Positions 25,971 to 38,731 of a stretch of 64,000 nucleotides of DNA are shown piece after piece. Within the stretch, counting starts at the first letter, position 1; every line of letters begins with the position of its first letter. The stretch is taken from NCBI GenBank assembly GCA_976226885.1, contig OZ320322.1, forward strand, positions 17,360,001-17,424,000, given 5' to 3'. This DNA comes from Iphione sp. A-MEVVRFRX5. Taxonomy: Eukaryota. Position numbers and translations under genes: made by a program. The notes beneath the pieces are model-generated. The model was not told the origin of the DNA, did no database searches, and was given only the letters and a program-made list of their open reading frames with translations.

Positions 25971-26854
25971 TTAGTATGTCACCTGAACAGCAGTAGTTAT
26001 GGAGGATCCGGACAGTTGCATCAAAGTGTACAAAAATGATCACGACTGACTCTGATGTTCGGTTGAGAAGAGGCAACTACATACATGTATATTAAATGAT
26101 AATTACAACGTATATATATATGTAAAGCCCGTGCATTACAGACCACAGGACAAGACTGTTATGGTAGTGTGTACAGCTCACATACATGTACATCACATTA
26201 AGGTTCAATTTCGGTGTGTGTGTGTGTATTTTCCAATCTTTAGTTATACTGCCACAACACAGAATTCCTTTTTATAATACACCAGTGTGCTTCGCACGAT
26301 TTTCTTTCTTTCTGTCATACACAGACTCGCGGTATTTTTACCGCGAGATGCCCGCGAGTCAGCAGGAAAGCTTTACATGGCTGTAAAATCGTAACCAATG
26401 GTCGTAGAAAGTCATACCATGGCTCAAATGAAAGCTATGGTCCTGAGGAAGACAATGAGCCATACCATGACTTTCTATGACCATTAGGACGGACTCTGCG
26501 GCCATGTAAAGATCGCCGCCGACTCACTGCCGACTCGCAGTTAAACTATAAAACAATCGTTCTGGTTCCCATACCTTACGTTCACACGAAATCAAGGTAG
26601 GGGTACCAGGAGGAGTTCGGAATGTTACGCAGAGTGTTGTCGAATCGAAATTTATTGACAAAAACCCTAAAAATAATGCTTTATGGAACAAAATTCAGGG
26701 AGAAGTCCCTTAATATGTCAAAATCAATATTCTAAATGGTCTAATCTGTCCCAATTTTAAAGAACAAAAATCGAATCGACACCATTCCGCCATTTTGAAT
26801 TGGCTTTTTCACAGTCCATCTCCCAGAATGCACTGAGGTCGAACCGGATTTCCG

Positions 26855-27470
26855 GGACGATGCCTTTTTATATAAGTAGGTAACAAGCGCCTCCGGCTCC
26901 CCCCTCCCAGACGCACAGAGGTGTGCCAGACGGACTGAAGTCCTCCAAGTTTACAACCCTCGGTTCTGCTTGACTGGACACAGAGGGGGGTAGGGGATAC
27001 ATGTGGCCAAAGTCCATCTGATTAACTTGATGTGTCTCCTCTCTGTGGTGCAAGGATACATGTATAGAGGAAATAGTCTAGATAATTTCCATTCTGTTTG
27101 TCTTCTTTTACAATAATTTCTCTGGATACATCAATAATTATGTCCTAAATCTCATCTGGGTGAGAGCTTCTGTTTACAACCCTCTGTCATGCTGGACTGC
27201 ACATAGGTGTAGTGATACATTAACTCTTCCAACATGTCTGCCACCATGGCCGTACTACTTTCAGGCAACGTTTTATATAGGTAGTGTAACAAGCGCCTTC
27301 AGCGCGTGATGGGGGAGGGGTTAAAGTACAGCATTTAACAACCCTCGGTTCTGCTTGAGTGGCCACACAGAGGTGTATGAATACATCAATCTCGTGAACT
27401 CACACATCTGGGCGAGATTTCCCCATGGCTGAAGTACTTTCGGGCAACGTTTTATATAGGTAGTGTAAAT
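26855..27470. repeat. Unclassified modular repeat (2-3 degenerate copies of each of two modules); also present at 39720-40385
   Basis: Modules CCATGGCCGTACTACTTTCRGGCAACGTTTTATATAGGTAGTGTAA and TTTACAACCCTCGGTTCTGCTTGACTGGACACAGAG recur. Confidence 0.75.
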
Positions 27471-30270
27471 ACTCGAAGGGATGAAATTATCATCTTAAAA
27501 ACTTCGTTACACAACTGTGTTATCTTTTTGAAGCTTAACCAACTTCCCGTTTTGTCATGAGTGCTTTTAACTTAAGCACACTGGCCACTGCTGAATGATC
27601 ACCAAACACTTCAGTTATACACATGTGTCTATGAGCTTTACACGGGTTCAGTATACATGTAGTTCTATATATTGGCACATGTCCAAATACAGATTGTGTG
27701 TTGGGACAGCAAGATGGGAAATATATAAAACTAAATGTCCATGTGTGCCTGTTTCACCTATGTATCCTTACTCCACAAAGAGAGGCCACTGTCCAAATAT
27801 TTGCATATGTGGATCCGCAGACGAGAAATACACAACACATGGGTATATTAAGCTTTAACTGGGAATGATACAGGGGATATAAGGGAACTTGTGCAAGAGA
27901 TGATTATTCTCAGAACACTGGAGGCTAAACCCTTTCAGACTGCGGTACTAGGCGATCAACCCGTCTGGAATATTCTGTATTTTCTTTCTCCATCTCCACG
28001 TTTCATGTGTGTCAAGCATTAAGGAAAATTGACACGGCCGAGCAGGTCACTGTGTCTTTTGTGGTGGATGAAAGCAGTGAGATGATAGTCAATGTTTAAA
28101 TACACCCACTAACTGATCCGGTCTGCTCCGGCTTAATTAAGTATTAAGGAAAGAATGGGGTGTGGTGGGAGTGGCAGCTACTTTACGGGAAGGTTTATTT
28201 ACATCTGGTCGCCCCACGACCTCGCAGACCCACATCATCATCACACACACACACGCATCCACACACACACACACACCCGCACACACACACATCCACAGCA
28301 TCACACACACACATACACACTCCATCCCGCCCGCAAATCTACATATCTGTCAACGGTAGATCAAACATAAGTACTACAACCAGTCTCTCAATGAATCCCT
28401 CATTAGACCTTTATGAAAATTAACAAGAAGTGCTTAGTTAGCTGAATTTATTAAAATATCCCCCCCTTCGAATTTAAAAATCAAAATATATCAATACATT
28501 AACACAATAATAAATGTAGGACTGGAACTGTGCTGGCACGTTTAAAGCAGTATTCGATCCTACCTGTTCATATTACTGAATTTTCCCCAAAAGATTTGAT
28601 AAAATTTCCTTTGTTTTCGTCCAAGATCTCTTTCACCACACCTTTAACGATCTCTGTTAGGGATTTGCCTGTACGTCCGATTGTACATCAATTCGCCCAT
28701 ACACCCGTATGGCAAGTGGGAGCGGGTATTCCACCAGCTTCACAACTGCTGCTGGCTTCATGTTTTCAAAAATGAAGTAAGCTTGTCAACTCACGAGTTT
28801 TCGATGTGAATTATTTAGAAAAATGAAAATAAATTTACTTCCTATCCCGCTGACTAGTGCTTTCAGCCTGAGCTTCTAGAAGTGTAAACTAAGTAACAGC
28901 AAATGAATTAATCCCATAGACTCGTGCTTTCTAGCTAAGCAAATTTTTAAAATGAAAGCTAATTAAAGAAGATGAATTAAGCTTATGCTTTCAGTTGCAG
29001 CTGTAAAAAATGAAAGTTAAATAATAGTTAGCTATAAAGTAAGATAAATCAACAGCGCAGTGTGACGATTTAATTTCAAGAGAAAAGAAATCCTAAATAC
29101 TTTTTAATCACCATCTCACGTAGCAGAGATAATGGTTTCTTTTTGGTGTATTTTCATAGCTGGTTGTCAATGCAAGAATGACGTACATGTATACTGCGTG
29201 TGGCTTGCTACACGAATCCTTCCATCAAATGCGCATAAAAGGCAAACAAAGCTCAGGGGCGATTACTACACATAAACGACCTTTAATAAACGATCAAGTT
29301 TTCCCCCTCGCCTCAATAACCGGCGGGGTATCAACACTTGACTGACTGACTAACTGACTGACGGACTGACTGACGGACTGAAGCAGCACGTCACTATAAC
29401 CCCCCCCCTCCCCCACCCCCATCCCCTCCATCTATCCTCCGCCTGTTGTGCTAGCTGGCATTTTACACGGAATCCTGGGTAATCTCTGGTCTTTTCTACG
29501 ACAAGTATTTTCGCCATCAATTCTGGCTGACTTTTCAGTTGTTTATAAATAGAGAGCGACGTGCAGGGAGTGTGTGAATGACCTTGTGGAAATCGCTGCT
29601 TACCTTGTGGAAATCGCTGCTTCGGAGAGGGACAGGCTTGTTATGGCCTCGGGCCACGACACAATATTATATGCAGACAGCGCATCTGCCCGCAATTAAC
29701 ATACAAAGACAACACGCGCACACACGCCGATATACTTGTCTGGGACAGCAAGGTCGAGAAGACATTTATATAAGAAAACAAAAACTTAAAAAACGCTGCG
29801 TCCCTGCGGAGGAAAGGGAGTTCATTACCCAGGGACAAGTACAAAAACAAAACACAAGACAACGAGCCTTATCATTCGTACATTGATTTCCAGACGGCAC
29901 CATATGGTCACCGGCGATGGGGGGGGAGGGGTATTATTTCCTCTATGGATTGCGGTCCTAGGTGTTACATAAAGGTCAATTTTATCGATAATGTGAGAAT
30001 GTGTGTGTATTTCCGGCTCGGCCTCTATATTTCAAACCGTCACTCTGTATGTCTGGCCAACTCACGCTCCCATTGTCTGACCTTGTATCTTACCACCTGT
30101 CCGGCATTTGTCTAACTTCTCCATCTCTCTCTCTCTCATTGTCTGTCCGTTTCTCACTCAGTCATGGGTTCACCCGCTCACATTGCCTGTCTATCTGCCC
30201 CATTAATCCGCCCTTTGTCCTGTCTCTTGTCTCTTTAGACAGACTCTCGTCATTGTGTCTGTCTCTCTCC

Positions 30271-30272
<2 letters not shown>

Positions 30273-30321
<49 letters not shown>
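30273..30321. repeat. (CA)n microsatellite
   Basis: Direct reading. Confidence 0.95.
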
Positions 30322-30322
<1 letters not shown>

Positions 30323-30769
30323 TCTACCTGCACGCCTAATACCAGTGTACATACGTTCCACACCCACACGATGACTATTACTGGGACGGCTTATCGTCCT
30401 ACACCACCAGCCCACTCACTTCGTGTTTTTCATAACTAGTGGTGTGCTTAAATCATCTCTGCCACAGTATCATTAAATCCATCCTGATTATGACGTTGTA
30501 GTATCATCCATCTCACCACCTCTACCATTTTTTAAAGCCCCCCCCCCTTTCCTCTTGCATACAGGTCGACGCTGCATCACGGGTAGTGAATGTGACATTC
30601 TCTCTCCATTGGCTTGTTGACTGCCTCCATTTCAGATCATTATCTCACTCCCAAAATGAGGACGTATTTCAAATCCCAATACCATCATCACTGCCCGCAA
30701 AAAAGTCTTTCTCTTCGAATGACTGAGGATGTGATCTACAGCTTTCTGCTTCCACTTATATACAGGCCT

Positions 30770-30800
<31 letters not shown>

Positions 30801-31678
30801 AGTTTTCTCTCTACAATGTACTTTCTGACGCAACACAGCACAGAAAGGAAGTACCCTTGCTATCTACTTGTCGACAGAATATCGCGCAGTTATGGTACAA
30901 GGCCATTTGCTGTATAAAGTAGTGGATATGAATGAGCTAGACAGAAAAAATGAACAATGAAAATATTTGAATCTATAAATTTTCTAGCAACAGTTTGTCC
31001 TCTCCTTTGGAAATGACAGCTCATCTCTCCGAATTTCTGTAGAAGAATATACTGTTCGACGGCTTTCCTTACAAAGTAACATACATATACATTGTATTCC
31101 CATACTGATATTCTTTCTAGTGAAATGGCCCTTCCCTGCCCTTACTGATGTACCTAGTCTTGCTAATATATTATTTCAAAATATATGTTAAATACAGAGA
31201 GTACGTAGGTGACCTCGCGAAATATCTTATTACAATGGGAATATAGACAGGCGGTGCCCAACGGACAAGGGACATACTTATAAAGGTAGCTAAATTTCGC
31301 GGCATTTCCTTATTTTTCTCTATTTAATAATTGTGTGGCGTGTTAACCGACAGGAGCAAAACTTCAGAACAATCACGTCAACGTACAATTTAATCACTGA
31401 CATTGATCAATCGGTACTAGTGCCAGGTCAAAGATGAAGGTAGGTGAAGGGGAGAGGGGGAGGAGGCCATTTTCAAGAGAGCTGAATAGTTGTGAGTGGG
31501 TGGGTGGGTGGGAGGATGCAGGGCAAGGGGGGGGGGGCGTTAGCCCACGGGCGGTTGTGTGTCACGTTTTTAACCCTTCGTCTCCCACGTCAACACATTT
31601 CATAGATCGGCGGCCAACACACCAAGGAATCGCAGAGGAAAACAAAGCGCTGCCAAAATGGCTGTAAAAATGTCTTAC

Positions 31679-31729
31679 CTGCAGTTTGGGGGAGGATCGA
31701 GAGTAATTTCAGCCAGCTCTTTTTGGATT
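31679..31729 (-). CDS. UBE2E: Ubiquitin-conjugating enzyme E2 E-family (UBE2E / UbcD2-like), internal coding exon
   Basis: TTCTTTTCCAG|A ATC CAA AAA GAG CTG GCT GAA ATT ACT CTC GAT CCT CCC CCA AAC TGC AG|GTAAG encodes (R)IQKELAEITLDPPPNC(S), the UBE2E helix-1 peptide. The exon is 51 nt, phase 2/2. Confidence 0.95.
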
Positions 31730-32622
31730 CTGGAAAAGAAGATAAACGAATTTGGCTTTAACAAAATTTCGAGCGGTTTGAGTTAGCAGGTACTTCGACC
31801 CTGGCCCACAAAGGAAGGGCACTCGGTTGCTGTTGGAAACATGCTCGTGTTGTTAACACTGCAGACTAATCTGTAGTGTAGAATATTTCGGAAAAGAAGA
31901 ATGAAGGAAACCAAACCATACTGGTGTTTACAGTTTAGTAAACGATCGTTCGGTTTTATCAATATCAATGGCTCTGCAATGCCCCGTTGACATGTCACTG
32001 TATCGACTAACGTGAACTTTCACACGGAGACAAGATTTATTTTATTCTCGTTTCCTGTTGTAAGATTTCCCATCAATTCCGATAATTCTTTATGTTGTTG
32101 AAACATCAGTGGCTTGGTGCGCTGATGTGAGGACAACGTGAGAATGACTTGTCAAATGGTGACATTCTCTGTAGATTATTGCGAGTTTTTACGCCTTACG
32201 GTCCACCATGTGTTTTCACCGCGCAGCCCCCCGAAGGACAAATTCAACATGGCGAGTCGGAAGCTAGACGCCGACTAGCAAGGCGAACATTATCTGGCCA
32301 TTTTCTCTCCCCAGCTTATAATATGCACCACAAGCCACACATAAATATAAAGCTAAGGTTAAACCTTTGTCGGCTGTGGTTATCGTTTCTGGAATTTGTG
32401 CGCGGTTTTCCAACGAGAGCCGCTAGAAGCTTATATGCAAATGAGATGCTTTGGCCGGTTGGACATTTAATAAGCGGGGATGAATGGGGAGCACCATTGC
32501 AACCAGTGCCAACCCAATCCTCCATTTCTTCGTCGTAACTCCTAAACAGAACGCATATAACCATGGATGACAGTAGAATCAGAACCAGTACCCTTAGTAG
32601 GCTACAAATGGTATTTGTTTAC

Positions 32623-32747
32623 CTTCGTGTACTCGGTGTGGAAGCTTTGACAGTGGGCAAACTTTTCGGAGCTGGCTTTCGTTCGGGCGAATCGTCCGTC
32701 CGCCTGCGGTTGTTCCGGCCACGACTAGTGCTCGGACTTCCACTCAT
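32623..32747 (-). CDS. UBE2E: Probable first coding exon of UBE2E (low-complexity N-terminal extension)
   Basis: MSGSPSTSRGRNNRRRTDDSPERKPAPKSLPTVKASTPSTR, then AG|GTAAAC. Phase 2 matches the downstream exon. The S/R/P/K-rich extension is typical of class III E2s. A possible acceptor CTTCTTTCTCAAACTACACAG| at 32855 may add 107 nt of 5' UTR. Confidence 0.75.
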
Positions 32748-32934
32748 TTTTCGTCGCTTTTTACTCCACAAAGTCGGCTGAAAATTTCACAGGATGGGCC
32801 TTGGCGCTTACTCTCGTCCTGTGCCGATTCTTGAAGAGATCCGAGATCTAGAGACTGTGTAGTTTGAGAAAGAAGCGAGACCTCGTGAACAAAGGCGGCA
32901 GCTGTGTGCTAAAGCGAACCACCAGCAGAGCTCA

Positions 32935-32969
32935 ATGTCGGGGGAGGGAGGGGGGCCCCTCCAACCTAG
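32935..32969 (+). CDS. Candidate first exon of a divergently transcribed gene or lncRNA
   Basis: ATG TCG GGG GAG GGA GGG GGG CCC CTC CAA CCT AG|GTAAGC (MSGEGGGPLQP) in a CpG-rich region. No downstream exon was identified. Confidence 0.25.
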
Positions 32970-34836
32970 GTAAGCGCGCCCGGAAAGACCGCCGAGTGGG
33001 GGGGCACTCCACAAACCGAGTGGTTGCCAACGCACCATGACTAACGAGAAGTTCACACGATGGGCCCAAGATTTGCTCTATTTATCTTCTTTGTTTTGAA
33101 GTTGGAGCATAGCACTTTAACGCCGTGCTAATAGACCTACTACGGCCTATCATCTGTAGTCGGAATCAATGTCTAAATGGCGGAATTTGCCAGCTCGATC
33201 AATGTTACACTTGCACGTATTACAAGTAGGCCTACTTTGCGCCATGGTATGAACTGTGACCTGTGCTCGTCTATTATTGTATTAAAGGTAACATAAACGT
33301 ATAGGAATTAACGCAGAGCCTTGTGGCCGCAGTTGTCTCTGGAACTCTCTATGATACTATGTAGGCCTAGAGTCAGTCATGCTGACTTCATAGGTTTTCC
33401 ACGGATTCACACTGCCAGCCTATAATGTCGCAACTGCACGAAATAAGCCCTGACTAATATATGTAGTTGGTATTACGTAGTTATTTCACATGTAAACGTA
33501 AAATGAATTATTTCAGACCATAACAGCTGTTAATTCCAAGCAGCTGCAACTATAGGTTACTCGTTTTTTTTTTAAACATTAAACAAAAATAGGCCTAGGC
33601 CAGGAAGCCTTAGAAGTAGCTAGCCTACATAAATTATATACGAGTGCATGTATAGTTTTCGCCTATTCACAGAGCTCATACATAAGAGCCAACAAAGCCA
33701 ACACATTTCATGGAACCCGTTTGTCACTATAAACCTTTTAAAATTAATAGGCCTAAATAATAGCCGGAAGAACTAACGTGTAGCCCTATAAACCATGAGA
33801 AGTGAACAAAAAAAAAACATTTGAATTTGAATAAATATTCAAATTCTCTGTGCTGTTTTATATTCTCATATATTGACAATTTCTGTGGATACATCAACAT
33901 GTCAGAAACAATGCATTAGCAACAATGCATCAAAATGCCTATACAGTCTTGTATGCCTAGCTATAAGGTCCATGCGCATGTCAGTGCTTCTGTACGTGGA
34001 CCTGAACCAACAGTGTGCTGCAAAAATGATGAAAGTCGTAGGTTATTTGCGTACACCATTCAAGACCTAATGTTTAACTGAAACCTCATGGTATTTAGAC
34101 ACTTCAGACACTTCTGCAGGGGCCCAGGTTGTTCCATAAAAGGTATAAATTAATTTTATCATTAGATATTAATTAATGCTGATACATGTGCACACGGAAC
34201 CCTATTTCATAGCCTATATATATACATTGTATGAATAATTTGAGTCTGTATCCAAGCCATTCTCCTATGAAACTACAGTAAATTATGTGGCAAATTCCTA
34301 CTCTAAGGCACTTCCCCCGCTACTTTTGAGTCTCCGAAAGATTATTATTAAAAATATATGCATGCTAAAGAGATCATTGTTGAGCAAGCCAAAACACAAC
34401 CAAAAGGGACCAGCAAATGATTTTCCCCCCTTTTTCCTCTCCGTGTTTCCACCAGGAGTGTTGGTGGTTAACACGTCCATGCAAAATTAAGTAAACCCAT
34501 ATTATTTTCAGTTTCTCTGTTCGCTGGGAGAGCTCCCTGTATCGTTTCCTTTTCTGGTACAAAGAGAAGGGAATAAAACTTTCTGAATTTGAATCTAAAG
34601 GAGGAGGGGGGGGGGCAGGAGAGGGAGATGTTCGATGCACCATCAGCATCGCTTGAAGAAACTTTCCTTCTCTAAATAGAGATAGCAGTAGGTAGGCCTT
34701 GTAGGCCTATATTTGCCATGCTGTGGTAAACTCGTGTGTGTGTGTGTGCGTGTCTATGTGCGTGTGTGTCTGTGTGGTCTGCTAATTTTAATCAAAGACA
34801 TGGTCAGCTCACTGTCTCATGAAGTTGCGGTATCCA

Positions 34837-34852
34837 TCGAGAGGTGGCGCTG
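34837..34852 (+). promoter_or_regulatory. Candidate CTCF site
   Basis: TCGAGAGGTGGCGCTG contains the AGGTGGCGC core. Motif match only. Confidence 0.25.
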
Positions 34853-36179
34853 ATGGTGGCCTTGGACAGGGAGGTCGATGTCATCCCTGATGTTAGTTAT
34901 TAAATTCTAACGATCGTCAAAGTGTCGGGTAGTGCGACTCAATATCGCCTTATTATCATCACCCCCCAATGTCATTACTCTAAAAATTCATCAATAATTA
35001 ATTGGATTCTAATGAGAACATGATATCATCGTTACACAGGACCATTAGGCCTATGTAACGCCAGCCACAATAAATGTCATGTTTTATTCATTTGATTTTC
35101 ACGGAGGCCCAACACTTTTGCTTCTGTGACCTGGTCCTTCTTCTTTGTATGTCCTGTTTGTCCTTTTTGACCTTGCCGGGATTGTTCCATTGGGTATGCA
35201 CGCACTACTGATTCAGGCCTGACGCAATGCAGCGTATGCTGTATGCGTGCTGTAGGGTATTTGCAGACTAGCTTCCCCCTGCCGGTATTCTCTTGTACCA
35301 ACCACCCACTCATTATGCAGAGAAATGCAAACAAGCCCCCTAAACGCCCAGGCATGAATATTTTACATTACCGCAACACCGCCTCTACGATTTTTCTATC
35401 GTTTTTTGGTCATTGCTCTGATGATTTTGATGGCTGTCAAATCGGTTTGGACACGCAAAGGCAAAATACTACCTATATACTACTGATATAATTAATATGA
35501 TAATTATGATATTGGATGTGCATACATTCATTCATTTTCATGTGAGTATGTGCATTAGCTGTGGCAGCGTCAAGGTTATGACGCAATGGGGCGGACGAGG
35601 CGGCGGGACAGGGGAAGAGGACAGGAACCATGTGCCCCCCTACCTATCAGCGTCCCCTTTTCTAATCTCAGTGGTTTAAGAAAAATGTCATTCAAGGCCA
35701 TCTCCAATAAGAATTATTTTCATTAGCTGCATATTCTCTGTTCAGTATAAGGTTAATCGTTAGATGTGTACTTTCTATAAAGTACCGTTTGTCTCCACAG
35801 TCAGATTTCTTTTCTTCTGTATAACAGCCACCAACACATCTATAGCTCATGCAGAGTTAGGCCCTCTGCAGTACATTTGGCCTGATTTCTAAGTATGTAT
35901 GTATGTGTGTGTGTTCGTGTGTGTCCATGTGTGTGTGTGTGTTGGATAGGAGTAGTTCATTTTCAGCGGAGGTATGGGATAGGGAATGGGTTTTTGGGGG
36001 GTTCATTATCAGTTCCCGTAGAACAATAAAGGAAAAAGGAGATGACTTAATTGGACCCAGATGTTTTGGGGATGTTCATGCGAACCCGACCCTCCCCACA
36101 GGTATGGTCCTGTCCTCACACCTCCTGACGCCTCTTAAGCACATGTACATGTGTGTGTGTATGTGTTAGCGACCTATTG

Positions 36180-36281
36180 AATATGATTGAAAGGAAATCA
36201 CATGACCAAAAATTATGACCGCATGAATTGAAATATGATTGAAAGGAAATCACATGACCAGAAATAGACCGCATGAATTGA
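36180..36281. repeat. Tandem duplication of about 52 bp
   Basis: AATATGATTGAAAGGAAATCACATGACC...GACCGCATGAATTGA occurs twice. Confidence 0.9.
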
Positions 36282-38695
36282 AATTAACATATTACTCGTC
36301 ACAAATATATTTTTCTAATAACGCTCTGCAACTTCTCTTCAGGTTTGATCGGTAGTATTTTGTTAACATAAACGATGTCTTACCGGTAACCACCATACAT
36401 TGATGGTTACCATAAGATGCCCGTAACTTGCCCGCGGGGGGGGGGGGGGGTCGTCCGGTTCCACGTACAGATGCAAGGTACATGTGGACTCTACTGGTGA
36501 TGGAACGGAACAGTTGCCATATTTCACATTGAACATGGTATGCCGGGTCTTTTAATTACAGTCCAGAGCGACGATGGGGCCGCCACTCCATACTTTGCTG
36601 ATTTGGCCATATATATAGTTGGTTTTAGTTGCATTGTAGTATAACCTTTTGTCATTTTTGAAAAGTTGGTTCTGAACAGATCTGTCCGGTATAGAGATTT
36701 TGGTCGCACATAGCTGTATATTAAAAGAACCCTTGAAAAAAATCCATTTAACCCCACAAAAGAACTCAGTCGCCCCCCCTCACTGAATTCCGTTGAACAT
36801 CTCCAGGATTGACTCTCACTTGTACGCATGCTCAAAGATGAGCTGAAAAAACACGTTTTTATATTATGATCCTAACCATGACATGATTGACTTCAGTACT
36901 AGTTGGTGTTTTTAATAGCTGTCCTTAAAAGAGTGCTATTTCTGAGGTGGAAGTCGATGTGTCAAACAGGTTGTTATGGTGTCGAACATTGCTGTCGAAG
37001 GTGGCATCACCTATCACTTGAAATATCTTGGTGTAACTAATTATTCAGTCATTATTTAATGAAAATGCTATTCTTAGACTGGCTTTCCATGTGTTCGGAG
37101 ATTTCATCTGGAGACCAGAAAAAATACCCAATCCTCTGGTGTGTCTTCCATACTGTATGTGATCCGGAGACTGAAAACAACCCTGGCCATAAATTTACAC
37201 ATTTTCTGGACTCCGGACACAATAGTGGTGTGAAACTGACTGTTTTACTCAGGCCAAGACTAAAAGAAAGTATGTAACATAATTATGCTTGATATCGTGA
37301 AATAGTCCGGAGAGGTCCAGAGAGGTGCAGAAAATCAGACCATTTTCCAGATGACCATGTGGTGTGGAAAATAGTCTGGACACATTGAAAGCCATGCTCA
37401 GTGACAGAATGGTACTTGATGTGTCATTGTGTAATTGTTTCGGGGTAACTGTCACTAAGAAAATGATATTTGTGGGTTGAAGTGGAGGTGTGGAACAAAG
37501 GTTTAGTCATTTGTCACTTGAAATATAGTGGGCTTGCCTGTCATTTTTTTAAAATGTGACAAATGAAAATGTAGGTTTCCTTCATGAGATTCACTAAAGA
37601 AAAAAAAAGATAAGTGAGAGTTTATCCGTTTACATATTGCTGTTTTTGTTTTTTTTAGCCAAAACGTGTTGAGTGCCGCAATGCTAAAAGATAGTCAACG
37701 TTTGTCAAGGCTTCTGAGTTGAAGTTTTTTCATCATAAGCATCACCATGCTCACTTGCGAGCCAATGGGTCTATTTCCCCCCCATATATGCTACTAATGA
37801 AGCTTGGGCGTGGTTTATTTTAATTTTCTACTACCATTGATCAAAACACTGTTTCCAGATCTGCATTAAAGGGAACAGGTCATTTCATTATGAGGACAGA
37901 GAAGTGTTTAAAATTACCCGAAAAATACATAGAGAGATAATTTTTTTAGCATCAAGACATCGAGAAGTTTTTCATGGTGATCTACCTGAAACTTGTTGCC
38001 TATTCATCAGTTAAATTCTTCGTGTTTACCTCTCTATACTCGAATATATACATTGAACTGCATTACCGAAAAAAATAATTTATGACATTGGGCAAGTCTA
38101 CTTGGTTATTGAAGTTGGCCTAAAGAGCATCATTGTATTCAGATAAAGGAGCGTGACACGTGATCGAGTTTAGTGTGCGGTTCTCCCGTTGGCCAAAGTT
38201 GGCGCTGCATTGTCGCAATATGGATGTTACTGAGGCAGGCGAAATGTCAACCGTGGCACTTGCTGGTCTCTAAATACACGTATTCCTGCTCTTGTCCGAA
38301 GAAAAAGCAAGCATTTAACCTTGTATTTTGTACAGTTTCTCTTACATTAAAATGTGTCTGATTTCCAATGAAACCCATTCGAGCTAAATACGCTGTCATT
38401 TTTTTTCTCTTGTGATGTTAAAAAATGGTAATATTTCTACCACAATATGCCTGTATGAATTACGTAATTAAGATATTTTGAAAGTATGATTGCCTAGATT
38501 TGTACATATTCACCTCTGCGTATCTGGGGCATCAAGACGCTGCATATCCAGCAGGCCCACAGCCAGGAATATTTGTGGGCGGTATCTGAAATTAGAGAGC
38601 TGGAACTCTTAGTGAGCAGTCAACATATCAATTGCCTCACTTTCCCTCACTTTATCTGGAGGATTTTTTCTCTGAATGGACCTCCTGGCCTTTGT

Positions 38696-38731
38696 GGGTG
38701 GGTGGGTGGGTGGGTGGGTGGGGGTGGTGGG
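38696..38731 (+). repeat. (GGGT)n run, potential G-quadruplex
   Basis: Six consecutive GGG runs with 1-nt loops, followed by GGGGG and GGG runs. Confidence 0.7.

Noticed and set aside
28560-28780. IGRTGKSL resembling a GIY-YIG endonuclease motif
   Set aside because: There is no GIY/VY strand or downstream R..EH, and an in-frame stop lies immediately upstream.
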